From positions 13,454,001-13,518,000 of the forward strand of contig NC_043014.1 in assembly GCF_006345805.1 (NCBI RefSeq): DNA of 64,000 bases, given 5' to 3'. This DNA is from Octopus sinensis (taxonomy: Eukaryota). This document shows positions 13,806 through 26,790 of the stretch, piece after piece. The position numbers and the translations under genes are program-made. The notes beneath the pieces were generated by a model. That model did no database searches, was not told the DNA's origin, and saw nothing but the letters and a program-made list of their open reading frames with translations. Each line of letters opens with the position of its first letter. Position 1 is the stretch's first letter.

Positions 13806-15466
13806 TGATGTATGTTAACAATCAAGGGTGAAGAACCTATATAATCCGAGATGGTATCCCATTGTCTCATAATCTGAGAATTAAGCTGCTCCAAAGTATT
13901 GGTTGGATAGATGTAGTAAATCCACATGTGTGTGCCATAATAAAACAATACAAATGACAAAAAATCCAAAGTATATTCAGTTAATATTAGGTTGGCGGAG
14001 TAGTGAGCTGGCAGAATCATTAACAAGCCAAGCAAAATGCTTAGTGGCATTTCATCTGTGTTTGCATTCTGAGTTCAAATTCCTCCAAGGTCAGCTTTGC
14101 CTTTTGAGGTCGATAAAATAAGCACCCGTCAAGCACTGGGGTCAATATAATCAACTTACCCTCCCCTGAAATTGCTGGCCTTTTTGCAAAAATTTGAAAC
14201 CTGTATTAGGTTGGTGCTCATCGTCATCATTTAATGTCCGTCTTCCATGCTAGCATGGGTGGGACAGCACCACAAGAGCTGACCAGGCTGTGACAGTTTT
14301 GGCAGGATTTATACAGTTGGGCGCCCTTCCTAACACCAACCACTCAACAGAGAAGTAAAAGTTATTGAGTCAAAAACGAAACACATAAATTTAGCCCACA
14401 TGTTATTTTGTTTTTTTTCTGGCTCTCTTCTTCCTTTTTTTTTAATATCCTTTCCTCTCTTTTTTGGTACCAGCATTGGCCATGACAATGATTTCACTTG
14501 ACTTAACAGGCCTTCTCAAGCACAGCGTATCTCCAAAGGTCTTAGTTGCTCGTCATGATTCTGTTATTTCAAGTGAGGCAGTATTCCCAACCACATGGTT
14601 CTAGGTTCCCGTGTGTGGCACCTTGGGCAAGTGTCGTCTACTATAACCCCAGACCACCCAAAGCCTTTTGAAATCTATTGTGTGTGTATATATGTATATA
14701 TATGTGTGTGTGTGTGTGTGTCTTTGTGTTTGTCCCACCACCACCAATTGACAATCAATGTTTTGTTTATGTCTCCATCCACCTTGTAACTTAGCACTTT
14801 GGCAAAAAGGAGTTGATAGAATAAGTACCAGGTTTAAAAAGTAAAAAAAAGGTATTGGGGTCAATTTGTTTGACTGAAAGCCCTTGGAGGCATTGTCCCA
14901 GCATGGCTGCAGTCTAATGGCTGAAACAAATAAAAGATAAAAAAGATTACAAAATTTTTGTTTTGATACCTTGTATTGTTCCAATCAACAGGTGAAATAT
15001 TTCACCTGATGCTATTTGACGATGTAGGTATTATAGAACTGTATAATAGCTGTAGAGTGTTAGTGTATGTGTTAATCTTGCTGTTAAAAGAACTGGTACA
15101 TTTCAGTCTTTGTGTATCTAGGATCATATTATTTAATGTCCTTCCATTTTAAGACAGTAGAATGTAATTTGATGGAGATTTGGTTGCCATTTCTAGCTAG
15201 ACTAGTGACTACTATGATGTTTCTTCAATGATTTGAAAACAGCTGATTTTAATAGATTAGTATCTTTTATTTCACTTAGTCAATGATTGGTTCGACACTA
15301 TTAATTCTTCAGCAGTTTATAAGCATCTTGCCTTTTGTCCTTTCAGGATTGATGAAATAAGTACCAGGTGAACACTGGGGTCGATGTAATCAAGTAGACC
15401 CCTTCCCTAAAATGTCAAAGAGTGCTACTCAGCAGCAAAATACCTGCAACACCCTAAAATGTAGTA

Positions 15467-15746
15467 CAGGCTGTTCAGGCCAAGTCTGACAGTTTGCATA
15501 AAAGCAAAAAACACAATATTCCATCCAAAAATAAAAGTATTTAAAAAAATATTAAAAAATACCGACTAGATTATGGCTAGGAGATAACAGTTTACTCAAA
15601 ATGGCTGTCCTTAGCTTCCACCACTGCCTAAAGATGGTTTTGGAATCTGGTGCATAAGTTCCTCACCATGTCTCAGGGAAGATCTTCGAACATCTCTTTG
15701 ACTTAGGTCACCAGCTTGACCTTGGTTTTGCAGGCAGAGTGGTTTA
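15467..15746 (-). mobile_element. Tc1/mariner relic: transposase C-terminus and one terminus
   Basis: TA|CAGGCTGTTCAG end; minus strand reads NHSACKTKVKLVT*VKEMFEDLP*DMVRNLCTRFQNHL*AVVEAKDSHFE*. Confidence 0.72.
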
Positions 15747-15749
15747 ATG

Positions 15750-16270
15750 TATGAGAAATTGAAGTGTTTGAAGATGGAGACTGTCTCTATAGTGCATCGT
15801 TTAAAAGTAAAGGATTGACATCAGCTAGTGGCTTTTGTCAGTTTGAAGTAATTTCCCACTTGACATGTATGTGTGAGCCTGATGTAGTGGAAGAGGACCG
15901 TTTTGGAGAAGATTTATCTAGTATGTATAGAGTTGGATGCAAAGTGAGCTCGTAGAACCATCATGGTTGAGATGTGGAGGGAAGAAAGGTCCTGCAAAAT
16001 CTGGTAGAGATCCCTTTGGTAGGAACCAAAAGAATCCACTGCAGTTTGGTAGATGGAAGAGATTTAGGGCTGTGTGGTGGGTGCATGGAACCATTTTTTG
16101 CTATTCAGATGATGGTGTTACAGGTATTTTGCTGCTGAGTAAGAATTTCCCAGTTTGTAGGGATGGGTGATTTTCATTGCCCAGTTTTAGTAGCACTATT
16201 TGACACTTGGGTATCTTCAGCAAAGATACTTGGGTATCTTCAGCGAAGCGAATTCTGCTGCAACTATATT
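15750..16270 (-). mobile_element. Highly decayed LINE RT fragment
   Basis: Minus strand SCSRIRFAEDTQV (FADDT-like), with a ~20 bp tandem duplication acttgggtatcttcagc. Confidence 0.4.
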
Positions 16271-18379
16271 GTTCAGATTTCTGTCTCCATCTCTCTCTCT
16301 CTCTCTCTCTCCAATCACATTTTGTTTTACGTCAGTATTAGTACATGTTCAAGATGGGCAATCAGATGGATGGATATTGCCAGTATGGAAGAGTCTGCTA
16401 TGATTTTTGGCATTTTTGTCTTCTCTCCTGACTAATTTATGTTTTAAAAAATTGGTGAAATAGAGGAATTGATAAAGTGTGAGACATGATACACCAAGTT
16501 CATGTCTTTTCATTCTTCCAAGCATAGTAAAATAATTACCAATCAAGTCCTGAAGTCATTTTAATATAAGGCTCTAGCCCTGTCTCAAATTTGTGGTTTG
16601 TGCCATTGTTAGAAATTACTATTACAAAGGAACTGCATGCAGAAACATGTGCACAGACACATTCATATACACAACCACACAAGCTTCTTTCAGTTTCTAC
16701 CTACAAAATCCATTCACAAGGCTTTGGTCAGTTGAAGATACTTGTTCTAAGTGCTGCACAGTAGGACTGAACTTGAGACTTGCATGGTTGGGAAGTAAGC
16801 TTCTTGGCCACATAGCCATGCTTATGACTTTTATTTTTATCTGAGGTGGTGGGTGCAAAAACATCCTTGAGGTAATTGTTTCAAGGTATATGATTTTCAA
16901 AACGTCCTTGAATTCTGATATAAAATAGTTCTTAGCTAACAAAAGCTTTTGTTTAGTCATCTGTTTATGTTAGCATATATTATTTATGTAGTGCTAGTTG
17001 TTTTGTTTGTTTCACATATCTCATACTAGATTTTATAGGTCTCCATAAGAATATTGTGACTGTCTTGTAGCTGTTATAGTATTTGTTGGTTGTAAAAGCA
17101 AAATAGTAAAATATATAGATAATACAACTTAGATTTGAAAACAAAACAAAAATAGTGGCAACTATAAGATATTTGAATATTGTGCCATTTCACTTTGGAA
17201 AATTTTTTTTTATAACATTATTTACCATATTTAAAGGCACCCTATTTTCAGCAACATCTATTCAAGGGAAAAAAATGTTTTTATTATATTAGAGCATGTA
17301 ATATTTAATGTCATCTTGGGTGGTGAGCTGGCAGAACCATTGGCATGCCATGCAAAATGCTTAGTGACATTTTATCTGTATTTATGTTCTGAGTTTGAAT
17401 TCCATAGAGGTTGATTTTGCTTTTCATTCTTTTGGGGTTGATAAAATAAGTACCAGTTGAGCACTGGGGTCATAGACCCTTCTCTGAAATTGCTGGCCTT
17501 GTATCGAAATTTGAAACCAGTATTTAAAGCAATCGCACAGAACATTACAAAACTTTACAAAAGTACCTTAGCTAGAGCATCAAAAAAAATATATATATAT
17601 ATATATATGGAACAACTTTAGCTGATGGGAGACCCAACTTTATATATAGGACCCTGGGTGATTTCTTGAGACATTTTGTTTTTGAAAAAGAAATAAAAAA
17701 TGCATGTAATATTTAAGTCTAGCTCCTCCGAAGTCAACTTTGCCTTTCATCGTTTCAGGGTTGATAAATTAAGTACCAGTTACATACTGGGGCTGATCTA
17801 ATTGACTGGCCCCATCCCCCAAATTTTCAGGCCTTGTTCCTAGAGCAGAAAAGAATATTTAAGTCCAGCAGTATATTTACAAAACTTTGTAAAAGTACTT
17901 TAGCTAGAGTAGAAAACATTGGATGTAAAGAATGTTATTACTGTGAAGTGAGACTAGGTAGCAGACCGTATGGATTAAGATTAGCCTGTTGTAGTGAGTG
18001 TCGGGGACAAAATTAGCTTATGGGAGGCTCAAATTTACATACTAGATGTCAGTGGGTTTTTTTTTTTGGTGGTGGGGGAATTTTCTTTTAAAAACAAATG
18101 CATGTTATGCAGTGCATCAAAATATAGGTTTCTCATCTATTACATCACTTTTTTTCTATTGAAAATCAAGGAGCTTTTGATAGTGTATGCTTTCAACAAG
18201 ACAATTCCATAGTCTTAAATTAGAAATGTTATTATATTTCACCATCTGCAGTATAGATTTAGTTTACACTGTAACCTGCTATGCTTGTTGGCCAGCCTTT
18301 TTTTTTCCTTTCTATAAATTTTTAGTTTTTTGTTACATAGACCTCTAATAGAGTTCCTGGATTGACAGGCTAATTAGAG

Positions 18380-18679
18380 CAGTGGTTCCCAACCTTTTCA
18401 CAATGGCAGTGGTTCCCAACCCTTTTATTTAAATGAGTTTTCTCATGGACCCCTTTTTAATATGCTTATCCTTATGTATAGTCTTTTATTTGTTTGTCGT
18501 TTGACTGTGGCCATGCTGGAGCACCACTTTTAGCCGAGCAAATCGATCCCAGGACTTATTCTTTGTAAGCCTAGTACTTATTCTATCGGTCTATCTTGCT
18601 GAACCGCTAAGTGACGGGGGACGTAAACACACCAACATCGGTTGTCAAGCGATGTTGGGCGGACAAACACAAACTCACA

Positions 18680-18721
<42 letters not shown>

Positions 18722-18928
18722 TGACGGGCTTCTTTCAGTTTCCGTCTACCAAATCCACTCACAAGGCCTTGGTCGGCCCAAGGCTATAGTAGAAGACACT
18801 TGCCTAAGGTGCCACGCAATGGGACTGAACCATGTGGTTGGTAAGCAAGCTACTTACCACACAGCCACTCCTGCGCCTATATATATGAAATTTTGGACCC
18901 CCAGTACTACTTTTGTAGATCACCACTG
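18380..18928. mobile_element. hAT (Charlie-like) MITE with SINE insert
   Basis: Exact 8 bp TSD aattagag (18372-18379 and 18929-18936); termini CAGTGGT...ACCACTG. Confidence 0.85.
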
Positions 18929-20048
18929 AATTAGAGCATTGGAAAGAAAATACCTTGCAGTATTTATTGTAGCTCTCTAGTTCAAATCTCACTGAGGCCA
19001 GCTTTGCTTTTTATCCTTTTGGAGGTGGTAAAATAAATACTTGTCAAATACTGGGGGGGGGGGGGGGGAAAATCAGCTGTTCCCCTCCTCCTACCAAATT
19101 TCTGGCTCTATGCCTATGTTCAAAACATTATTATTATTATTATTATTATTATATCATCTTTTGCAGCCTGTTGATACTGAAACAAGAAACCCTTTTCTTT
19201 AGTATAGTTGTACCAATGCCAAGCCTATATTCTTGTTATAGTTTCATTACCTGCTTGTCAAGAGAGAGAGAGAGAGAGAGAGATGGTCATGTTTACTGAT
19301 TTACAGGGCTATTTTTAGCACTTTCTCTTCTGATAATGTGCATTGAATAAATTTAAAGGTCAGCTTGCCTCTCCTATTGTTTGCCCATTGCTATAAAACT
19401 GAAGAACAACTAAATATTTATCGGTGCTGTTTGTTGTCGTTGTTGTTGGTTTAGTTTAAATTGGGTGAGAGAGTATTATAGTCGTTTCCTCATATTGATT
19501 TACTTGCCAAGCAACAAGCTTCCCTGACACTAGTTCGTTGTTGAACCATCTGATGAAGAGATAATGCTGTTAGAATTATGTATGTTTTATGTTTTTCTCT
19601 CCTCCTTCTGCCATTCTAACAAACATTATGCTTTTAATCTATAAATATGTGAGGTTTTTTTTTTTTTGTGTGTGTGTCTGGTGCTTTAGACCACTTGGCC
19701 AGAAGAATTTTTTTTTATACAGTCAATTGGTCTGCTAGAAATAGCAATGAGATCTTCAAATTACACTCTACCATCTTTGACCTTTTGCTTGTCTTGCTTA
19801 TCGCATGATATCACATATGATACACACGATGTATTTCCCTGATATCTGTGTATCATATATAATATACATTTCCGAGAGTGACTTTGGAGTTATGACAGGA
19901 AAGCCTTATATTACTCAGAATGTATGAAATAAGGGCTAATTAAAAGTCTGGAAACAAATGTGGATGTTTGGGGACATATTTATGAAAATGCTTTTGGACA
20001 AGCAAAGAATTCAAAGTAAAGGACATAAATAATGTAGTTCTTGATATA

Positions 20049-20306
20049 ATAAATAAATGCACCCTTTTAAAGCCTAGCCAGACTCATGGGCCCGTTTTCC
20101 TGGTTTCTATGGCGTATGTGTTCCCCAGCTGGACGGGACACCAGTCCATCGCAGCGTTACTCATTTTTGCCAGCTGAGTGTACTGGAGCAACGTGAAATG
20201 AAGTGAAATGAAGCTCAAGAACACAATGCATTGCCCAGTCCAGGAATCGAAACCACAATCTTACGATCATGGTGCTGACCCCCTAACCACTAAGCCACGC
20301 GCCTCT
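20049..20306 (-). mobile_element. tRNA-derived SINE family D head with tail X
   Basis: Head gaggcgcgtggcttagtggttaggg, core ttgtgttcttgagc..ttcacgttgctccagt, same tail as 13690-13805. Confidence 0.78.
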
Positions 20307-20672
20307 ATAGTTCTTGATATACTATAGCTATAAAAAACATTGGAGCTAGCTTTCCAGTTTGCGGATGATTTCTTCCTCTACTACTCTCTCAGGTCCTGAG
20401 AAGAAGAAATAGATAAATGAAAAATGACGCAGTTGTTCAATTTCAAGATTTCTTAAATGAATGTCTGCTTCAAAAATTGTGTGCAAGTAGTGAGTGATGT
20501 CCTGAGGGTTTTGGAAAGAATAGACTGGTCAAAATGTTTACTGAAAGGATTTGGGAGATGGTATAGTAAGGGTCATAAATAAGCCTTTATGGCAAGAGTA
20601 TACAGATATATTACATTTATGTATTTATTTTGCAAGATTCTTGATGTGAAGATGAGTGTTGAAACATATTGT

Positions 20673-20990
20673 TATACTGGGGGATGGTCATCTTTTGATT
20701 AAATCTGTGCACAACATATTTGGTCTTCACCTTGGTTTTATTATTATTTGGAGTTTACTTGTCTGTCAAAGTTGTTTTGTCATACTGTGGCCGCTTCAGT
20801 GACTCTCTGTCCCATTTGTCTCCTCGTTTTGTTTATTCTATTTTGGAATAGAGACACATAGGACAGAATCGTTGAAGAGGTCACAGTATGTCATGTTGAC
20901 AAACTAAAAATAACAATAGTAAAATTAAAGTGAAGATCAAATAAATAGTACATGTGTTTAGTTAACAAAAGATGACCGTCCCCAAGTATG
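20673..20990. repeat. Imperfect palindrome of about 320 bp
   Basis: atactgggggatggtcatcttttg / caaaagatgaccgtccccaagtat; catactgtggccgcttca / tgaagaggtcacagtatg. Confidence 0.85.
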
Positions 20991-21319
20991 ATATATATAT
21001 ATATGTGTGTGTGTGTCCAAGTACTTTAATTTTATCTACCAAATACTTCAGTTCACTGGGAGGATGGAAATAAAGTGGGGTACTGTGACCTCTTTGCTGA
21101 AACAGCTGTAAGAAACTATTCTACTTTCTGTGTTCTATGTTATATATTTTAATAATTACTGGTATTTTCATGTATGTAAAGCATAATCTGTTATACATGT
21201 ATGTATATTGTTATAATTGTTTTTTTTTTTTAAAATAGACATAATATAGTGTCTAAAAGTTGATGAATACCACTTCTTGGTCCCCTCCATTTTCTTATTG
21301 CCGTATATAATTTACTATA

Positions 21320-23231
21320 ATCTGGATTTGACTGCAGCTTTTGAGGTGTACAAAACTCAACGAGACCGAGCCGTGAAAATTGAAAAGAAAGAACGCTTCA
21401 GTTATGAATACAAAATCGCGACAAATGCCAGTAGCAATCCAAAAACCTTCTTTGCCCATGTCCAGCGGAATTCCCGCTTGAACAACCAGATTGCAACGTT
21501 GGTAGACTCAACAGGCGTATCGATTAAGGACCCTTATCAACAGAGTCAATTATTTGCCGAGGCTTTTTCAACTATTTTCAAACAAGATGATGGTCGTGAA
21601 CCCCCTCCATTTGATAGATCGGTACCTCCAATGCTTCGATTGATCATCACACGGGACCAAGTCAAGCATGTTATTCAAGGCCTCAATGTCAACAAGGGTC
21701 ACGGCCCTGACGGCATACACCCACGGGTTATCAAAGCGTTGGCTCCGGTCATCTGTGAGCCCTTAACACGACTATTCAATATGTCATTGGCGACGGGTGT
21801 TATACCTGCAGACTGGAGAACAGCGATAATCTGCCCAATTTTCAAGAAAGGGAGCCGCGAAGACCCGCTTAACTACCGACCGGTTTCCCTTACATCAATA
21901 ATCAGCAAGATGTTCGAAACCATCCTTAAGAAAAGTATGATGCTCCACCTCCTAAACACAGCCTCGATCACTGATTCCCAACACGGCTTCGTGCCGAAGA
22001 GATCATGCTTGACCAACTTACTAGTAATGGAAGAATTAGTGACGCGCATCCTCGATGATAGTGATGCTGTTGACATCGTTTTATTGGACTTTGCCAAAGC
22101 TTTTGACTCGGTAAACCACCGCCTACTACTTGTCAAGCTTCAAGCATATAGTTTCCATCCGGATATTGTGCGATGGGTTGGTGCCTTCCTCTCAGATCGC
22201 TCCTTCCAAGTTCAAGTTAATGGTTCGCGGTCCGACGTCTCCAGTGTGAGCAGTGGCGTGCCTCAAGGTTCAGTGCTTGGGCCCTTGTTGTTCTTAGTCT
22301 TCATAAATGACTTGCCCGACGACCTCACGCAACACACCCTTCTATTTGCCGATGATATCAAACTGGTCGCTCCTCGCGGTAGTATAGAGGATCTTCGTCG
22401 ATGCCTCCACCAAATTTGGAAGTGGTCTAACGATTGGGACTTGTGTCTGAACGTATCAAAGTGCTGTCATCTGCCTGTCAGCTCTACTCCTGCAACTCAA
22501 CTTGATTTCGAGCCGGGTCGTCTGCTGCTGGAGAGGACCGATCAGGTAAAGGACCTGGGTATCTTGGTGGATTCCTCCTTTTCGCCTTCAGCCCAGTGCG
22601 TCCATGCTGCCAACAAAGCGCGCGGAATTCTGTTTTTGATTCGACGGTCATTCGGAATGCTCACAGCAGCCATATTCCTGCCACTCTATGTCACGCTGGT
22701 GAGACCCATATTGGAGTATGGGATTCAAGCCTCTTCTCCTTATCTCCTCAAAGACATACAGCACCTCGAATAGGTCCAGAGGCTGGCTACCCGCATGGTT
22801 CATGGTCTCAAAAATTTGTCCTACGAAGAAAGGCTGAGGACGCTCGACCTTTGTTCTCTTGAAAAACGCCGCCGCCGTGGTGATCTCATTCTCGCCCACA
22901 ACATCATAAGCGGGAAGTGTAACCTCTCGAAAGAGCTGTTCTTCACTCCTGCTCCGGAGCGTCGGCTGCGGGGTCATTCCGAAAAGCTCTACCTGCGACG
23001 ATTTCATCTCAATCGAAGGAGAGGAGCTTTCTCCGTCCGGGTTGCGGATCCGTGGAACAAGCTGCCAGACGAGATGGTGAAGATGCCGATGACCGCTTTG
23101 TTCAAAGCCTCCCTGGACCTCAAGTGGCCTGAACTCTTTACATGAACACCACCCTGTACTTAACTCCATGTCCCCCTACATGGCCTTGCTATTTGCTTTT
23201 GAGCCAAATTAACTAACTAACTAACTAACTA
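21320..23231 (+). mobile_element. 5'-truncated CR1-type LINE: reverse transcriptase ORF2 with one in-frame stop, short 3' UTR and (TAAC)n tail
   Basis: RT motifs GPDGIHP, NYRPVSLTS, QHGF, DFAKAFDSV, GVPQGSVLGPLLF, FADDIK. The frame continues past TAG 22771-22773 (HLE*VQRLATRMV...SYEERL...RRRRGDLI...WNKLP) to TGA at 23145. UTR hairpin ccatgt/acatgg; tail taactaactaac. 5' boundary approximate. Confidence 0.93.
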
Positions 23232-23812
23232 CATGTGGAAAATTGGTGTGTGTTTGTTTGTGGTGCTGTTAGCTAACTCCTCCTACATTGTTTTACTGAT
23301 TTTGATGAAACTTGACATGTGAGAAGAACTCATGTCTGGAAACCTCATGGCATACTTAGATTGTTGAAAAAAAAAATCGATAATACGGCCCCTGGAAGGG
23401 ATCTTTATATCTACCTCATATAACAAATTTTTTTAAACACCCAAAGGAAATAACCCATAGCAGCTGCACAATATTTTTTTTAAATACCCAAGGGAAAGTT
23501 GTTAGTTTTTAGTGAAGCGATCAGTATTTGATTCTCATGATCAGAGTTGGAATGAGACAATTTGGCACAGCTGTTTGGATGCTGACTGGACAGTCAACCT
23601 GTTTTGGTGATTGTGCATTTCGGCACAGGAGACAATTAAACACACGCGTGCATGCACATGCAGAAATATGCAATAGATAAAAAGAAGATAGGGGGAGAGA
23701 CATTACAATTTATCAAATTGGATTCGAATGACATAAATACTCTCCTACCAATATACATAAAGTGAAATATGTTGAAAGAGAGAGAGAAATATCAAAATGA
23801 GAGAAATATTAA

Positions 23813-24257
23813 CCCTTTCGTTACCAACTCGGCTGAAACCAGCTCTGACTCTGAATACAAATGTCTTGTTTTCATAAGTTTTGAATTAACCCTTTAGCAT
23901 TTAAACCGGCCATATCCGGCCAAAAGTATTCTGCCTGTTTTATGGTCAAACTGGCCAGATCTGGTCTCTCACACCAGCCCTACAATGTCGTTTTAAAAAT
24001 TAACAGCTACCTCATCAAAATCTCATAGCACCAAGATAATGCCTGATTAGTTCAAGGCAATGTGGATAAAAAAGGATTAATTTTGGCAGAATAATGCGAA
24101 CACTAAAGGGTTAAAATCTTCCACCAAGCCTTAGTCACAATTTATGGTCCTAACACAAGCTGAATGATGACTAAGTTATTTTACTGAATTCTTTGTTATA
24201 TTTAAAGTAATTGAAAGAAACACAGAGCATCTCAAAATAAATACAGTAACAAAAGGG
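23813..24257. mobile_element. piggyBac-type MITE (second family) containing a nested MITE at 23890-24110
   Basis: Outer TTAA|CCCTTTCGTTAC...GTAACAAAAGGG|TTAA; inner TTAA|CCCTTTAGCATT...CACTAAAGGG|TTAA. Confidence 0.87.
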
Positions 24258-24316
24258 TTAAAATGCCTGATGTCAAATTAGCAGTGAATCAGCAACACCA
24301 AATTAGTGCTGCTTAA

Positions 24317-24879
24317 CCCTTCAACATACAGATTACTCTATAAAATGCCATGCTTATTTATTCATATTGTTTTGAATTAATCATGCCTTATCTTGTAACT
24401 TCAACCATGTGCTTACCAACCACATGGTTCCAGGTTCAGTCCCACTGTGTGGCACCTTGGGTAAGTATCTTCTACTATAGCCTCGGGCTGACCAAAGCCT
24501 TGTGAGTGGATTTGGTAGATGGAAACTGAAAGAAACCCGTTGTATATATGTATATGTGTGTGTGTCTGTGTTTGTCCCCCCCCAACATTGCTTGACAACC
24601 GATGCTGGTGTGTTTACGTCCCTGTAACTTAGCGGTTCAGCAAAAGAGACCAATAGAATAAGTACTTGGCTTACAAAGAATAAGTCCTGGGGTCGATTTT
24701 CTTGATTAAAGGCGGTGCTCCAGCATGGCCACAGTCAAATGACTGAAACAAAAGAATATGTGATTGTTTGCTTTTAGAATAACTTTGTTGGGTAGGTGTG
24801 AGAGACTGGATCTGGCCAGTTCAAACATAAAACAGTTAAAATATTTGAGCTGGAGATGGCTGGTTTGAATGCTAAGGAG
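24317..24879. mobile_element. piggyBac-type MITE with SINE insert (24404-24757)
   Basis: TTAA|CCCTTC...GCTAAGGAG|TTAA; body matches 1431-1649 on both sides of the SINE. Confidence 0.75.
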
Positions 24880-26185
24880 TTAAACTTCTGTGCCAAAATG
24901 TCTCCCACACTGCTGTAGAATGTAGGTCAGAGCGAGCTTTGTCAGCACACAAAAAGATTGTGTTTGAAAGGAAACTCCTGATTCAAGAAATCATAAAATA
25001 CTTGTGTGTGTGTATAGTAAGGGTAAATCCCAGCCCCCCACCCTCTCTCACACACACACAAACACACACACACAGGTGAACACTTAAGTGCAAAACAAGT
25101 TGGAAAAAATAGTACTCGAATACCATAGGTAAAGTAACACTTTTTATTAAAGCTGATTGTGTGTGTATATAGTGTATTTGTATATATATTTATTTATTGT
25201 GTGTGTGTAATATATATATATATTACACATATTACACACATACATTTGCCATGATAGATTGCTAGCCACTACACATATTTTTTCTCTCCTTGTTTCTTTC
25301 TGTATTCCTTTCTGTAGAAGAGCATAGGCTCGAAACATTAAAGACTTTTTCACTTCCCAAGCGTTACACTAATACATCTGTTTGTTTTCTACACCACCTG
25401 ACTTCGTCTTTTGTTTTTTTTTTGTGAATTCTCCCTATATATATAAAACTTATCTGTTTTAGTCATTAGACTGTGTCCATGCTGGGGCACTGCCTATGTG
25501 TATAAAACATACCATTTTCCCCCTTCTCCTTAAAACAGCTGTTTTCTTTGGTTTGGGGAATTTTGTTTTTTGTAAGATATCTTTGACTTACACATGATGA
25601 ATTGATAATGTTCATTTCTAAGAAGACTATATGTAACATGTCAAAAAATGCCCGGAAGGACAGGCAGTTGTTTTATGAATATTGTTGAAGGGTTGAATTA
25701 AAATCAGAATTATTTCCTGTTCCCTATACACCATTGTTTTAACATCCACTTCCCCATCCTCGCATGGGTCAGATAGAATTTTGCTGAAGTGGGTTGTTTT
25801 TTTCTATTACTGGATGCCCTTCCTGTTGTCAATCCTCAACTGTTTCCACTGAGGATTGGAAATGGAAATGAAGGATGCAACTCACACAGTGGTGACATTT
25901 ATTTACAACAATCACAGGAAGTCAAGGCAAGGAGGCAGTAACTCATATAAGCACACACACATACACATGCGTGTGTGTGTGTGTGTGTGTATGATGGGCT
26001 TTTTCAGATTCCATCTGCCAAATCCACTCACAAGGCTTTGGTTGGACTGGGGGGCTATAGTTAAAAACACTTGCCCAAGCTGCCATGCAGTGGGTCCAAA
26101 CCTGATGCCATGTGGTTAGGAAGTAAACCAACTTCTTACTTCACAACCATGCTTGTACTATAATACATGCATAATACATTTTTAA

Positions 26186-26790
26186 GGGTGGTGAGCTGGC
26201 AGAATCGTTTTCATGCTGGGCAAAATGCTTAGCAGTATTTTGTCTACCATTACATTCTGAGTTCAAATTTCACTGAGGTTGACTTTGCCTTTCATCCTTT
26301 CAGAGTTGATTAAATAAGTACCAGTTACACACTGGGGGCCGATGTAATATACTTAATCCGTTTGTCTGTCCTTGTTTGTCTCCTTTATGTTTAGCCTCTA
26401 GTGGGCAATAAAGAAATAATGTATAAAACAGGCCTCTTTCGGTTTCTTATTTCTTTACTGCCCACAGGGGGCTAAACATAGAAGTGACAAACAAGGTCAA
26501 ACAAAGAGATTAAGTTGATTACATCAACCCCAGTACGCAACTGGTACTTAATTTATCGACCCCAAAATGATGAAAGGCAAAGTCGACCTCGATGGAATTT
26601 GAACTCAGAACATAGCGGCTGACGAAATATGGCTACGCATTTCACCCGGCGTGCTAACGTCTCTGCCAGCTCGCCGCCGATAAATGAAGTACCAGTTATG
26701 CACTGGGGTCAATATAATCGACTTAATCCGTCTGTCTGTCCTTGTTTGTCCCCTCTATGTTTAGCCCCTTGTGAGTAGTAAAGAAATAAG
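26186..26790. mobile_element. Cluster of SINE family B copies (+, -, partial +) with a Nin/Deu-like central domain
   Basis: Head ggcggcgagctggcaga, B box gagttcaaatt, core gtcgactttgcctttcatcctttcggggtcgata..taagtacc. Other copies near 4685-4893(-), 10700-10902(-), 13991-14200(+), 17318-17520(+), 49471-49830(+ tandem). Domain name is from recall. Confidence 0.8.

Noticed and set aside
19550-19575. CTGATGA hammerhead core (also 33304 and 43744 minus)
   Set aside because: No stem II followed by GAAA and no stem I pairing.
22648-23169. 173 aa minus-strand ORF
   Set aside because: Antisense shadow of the GC-rich LINE ORF with no recognisable motif.
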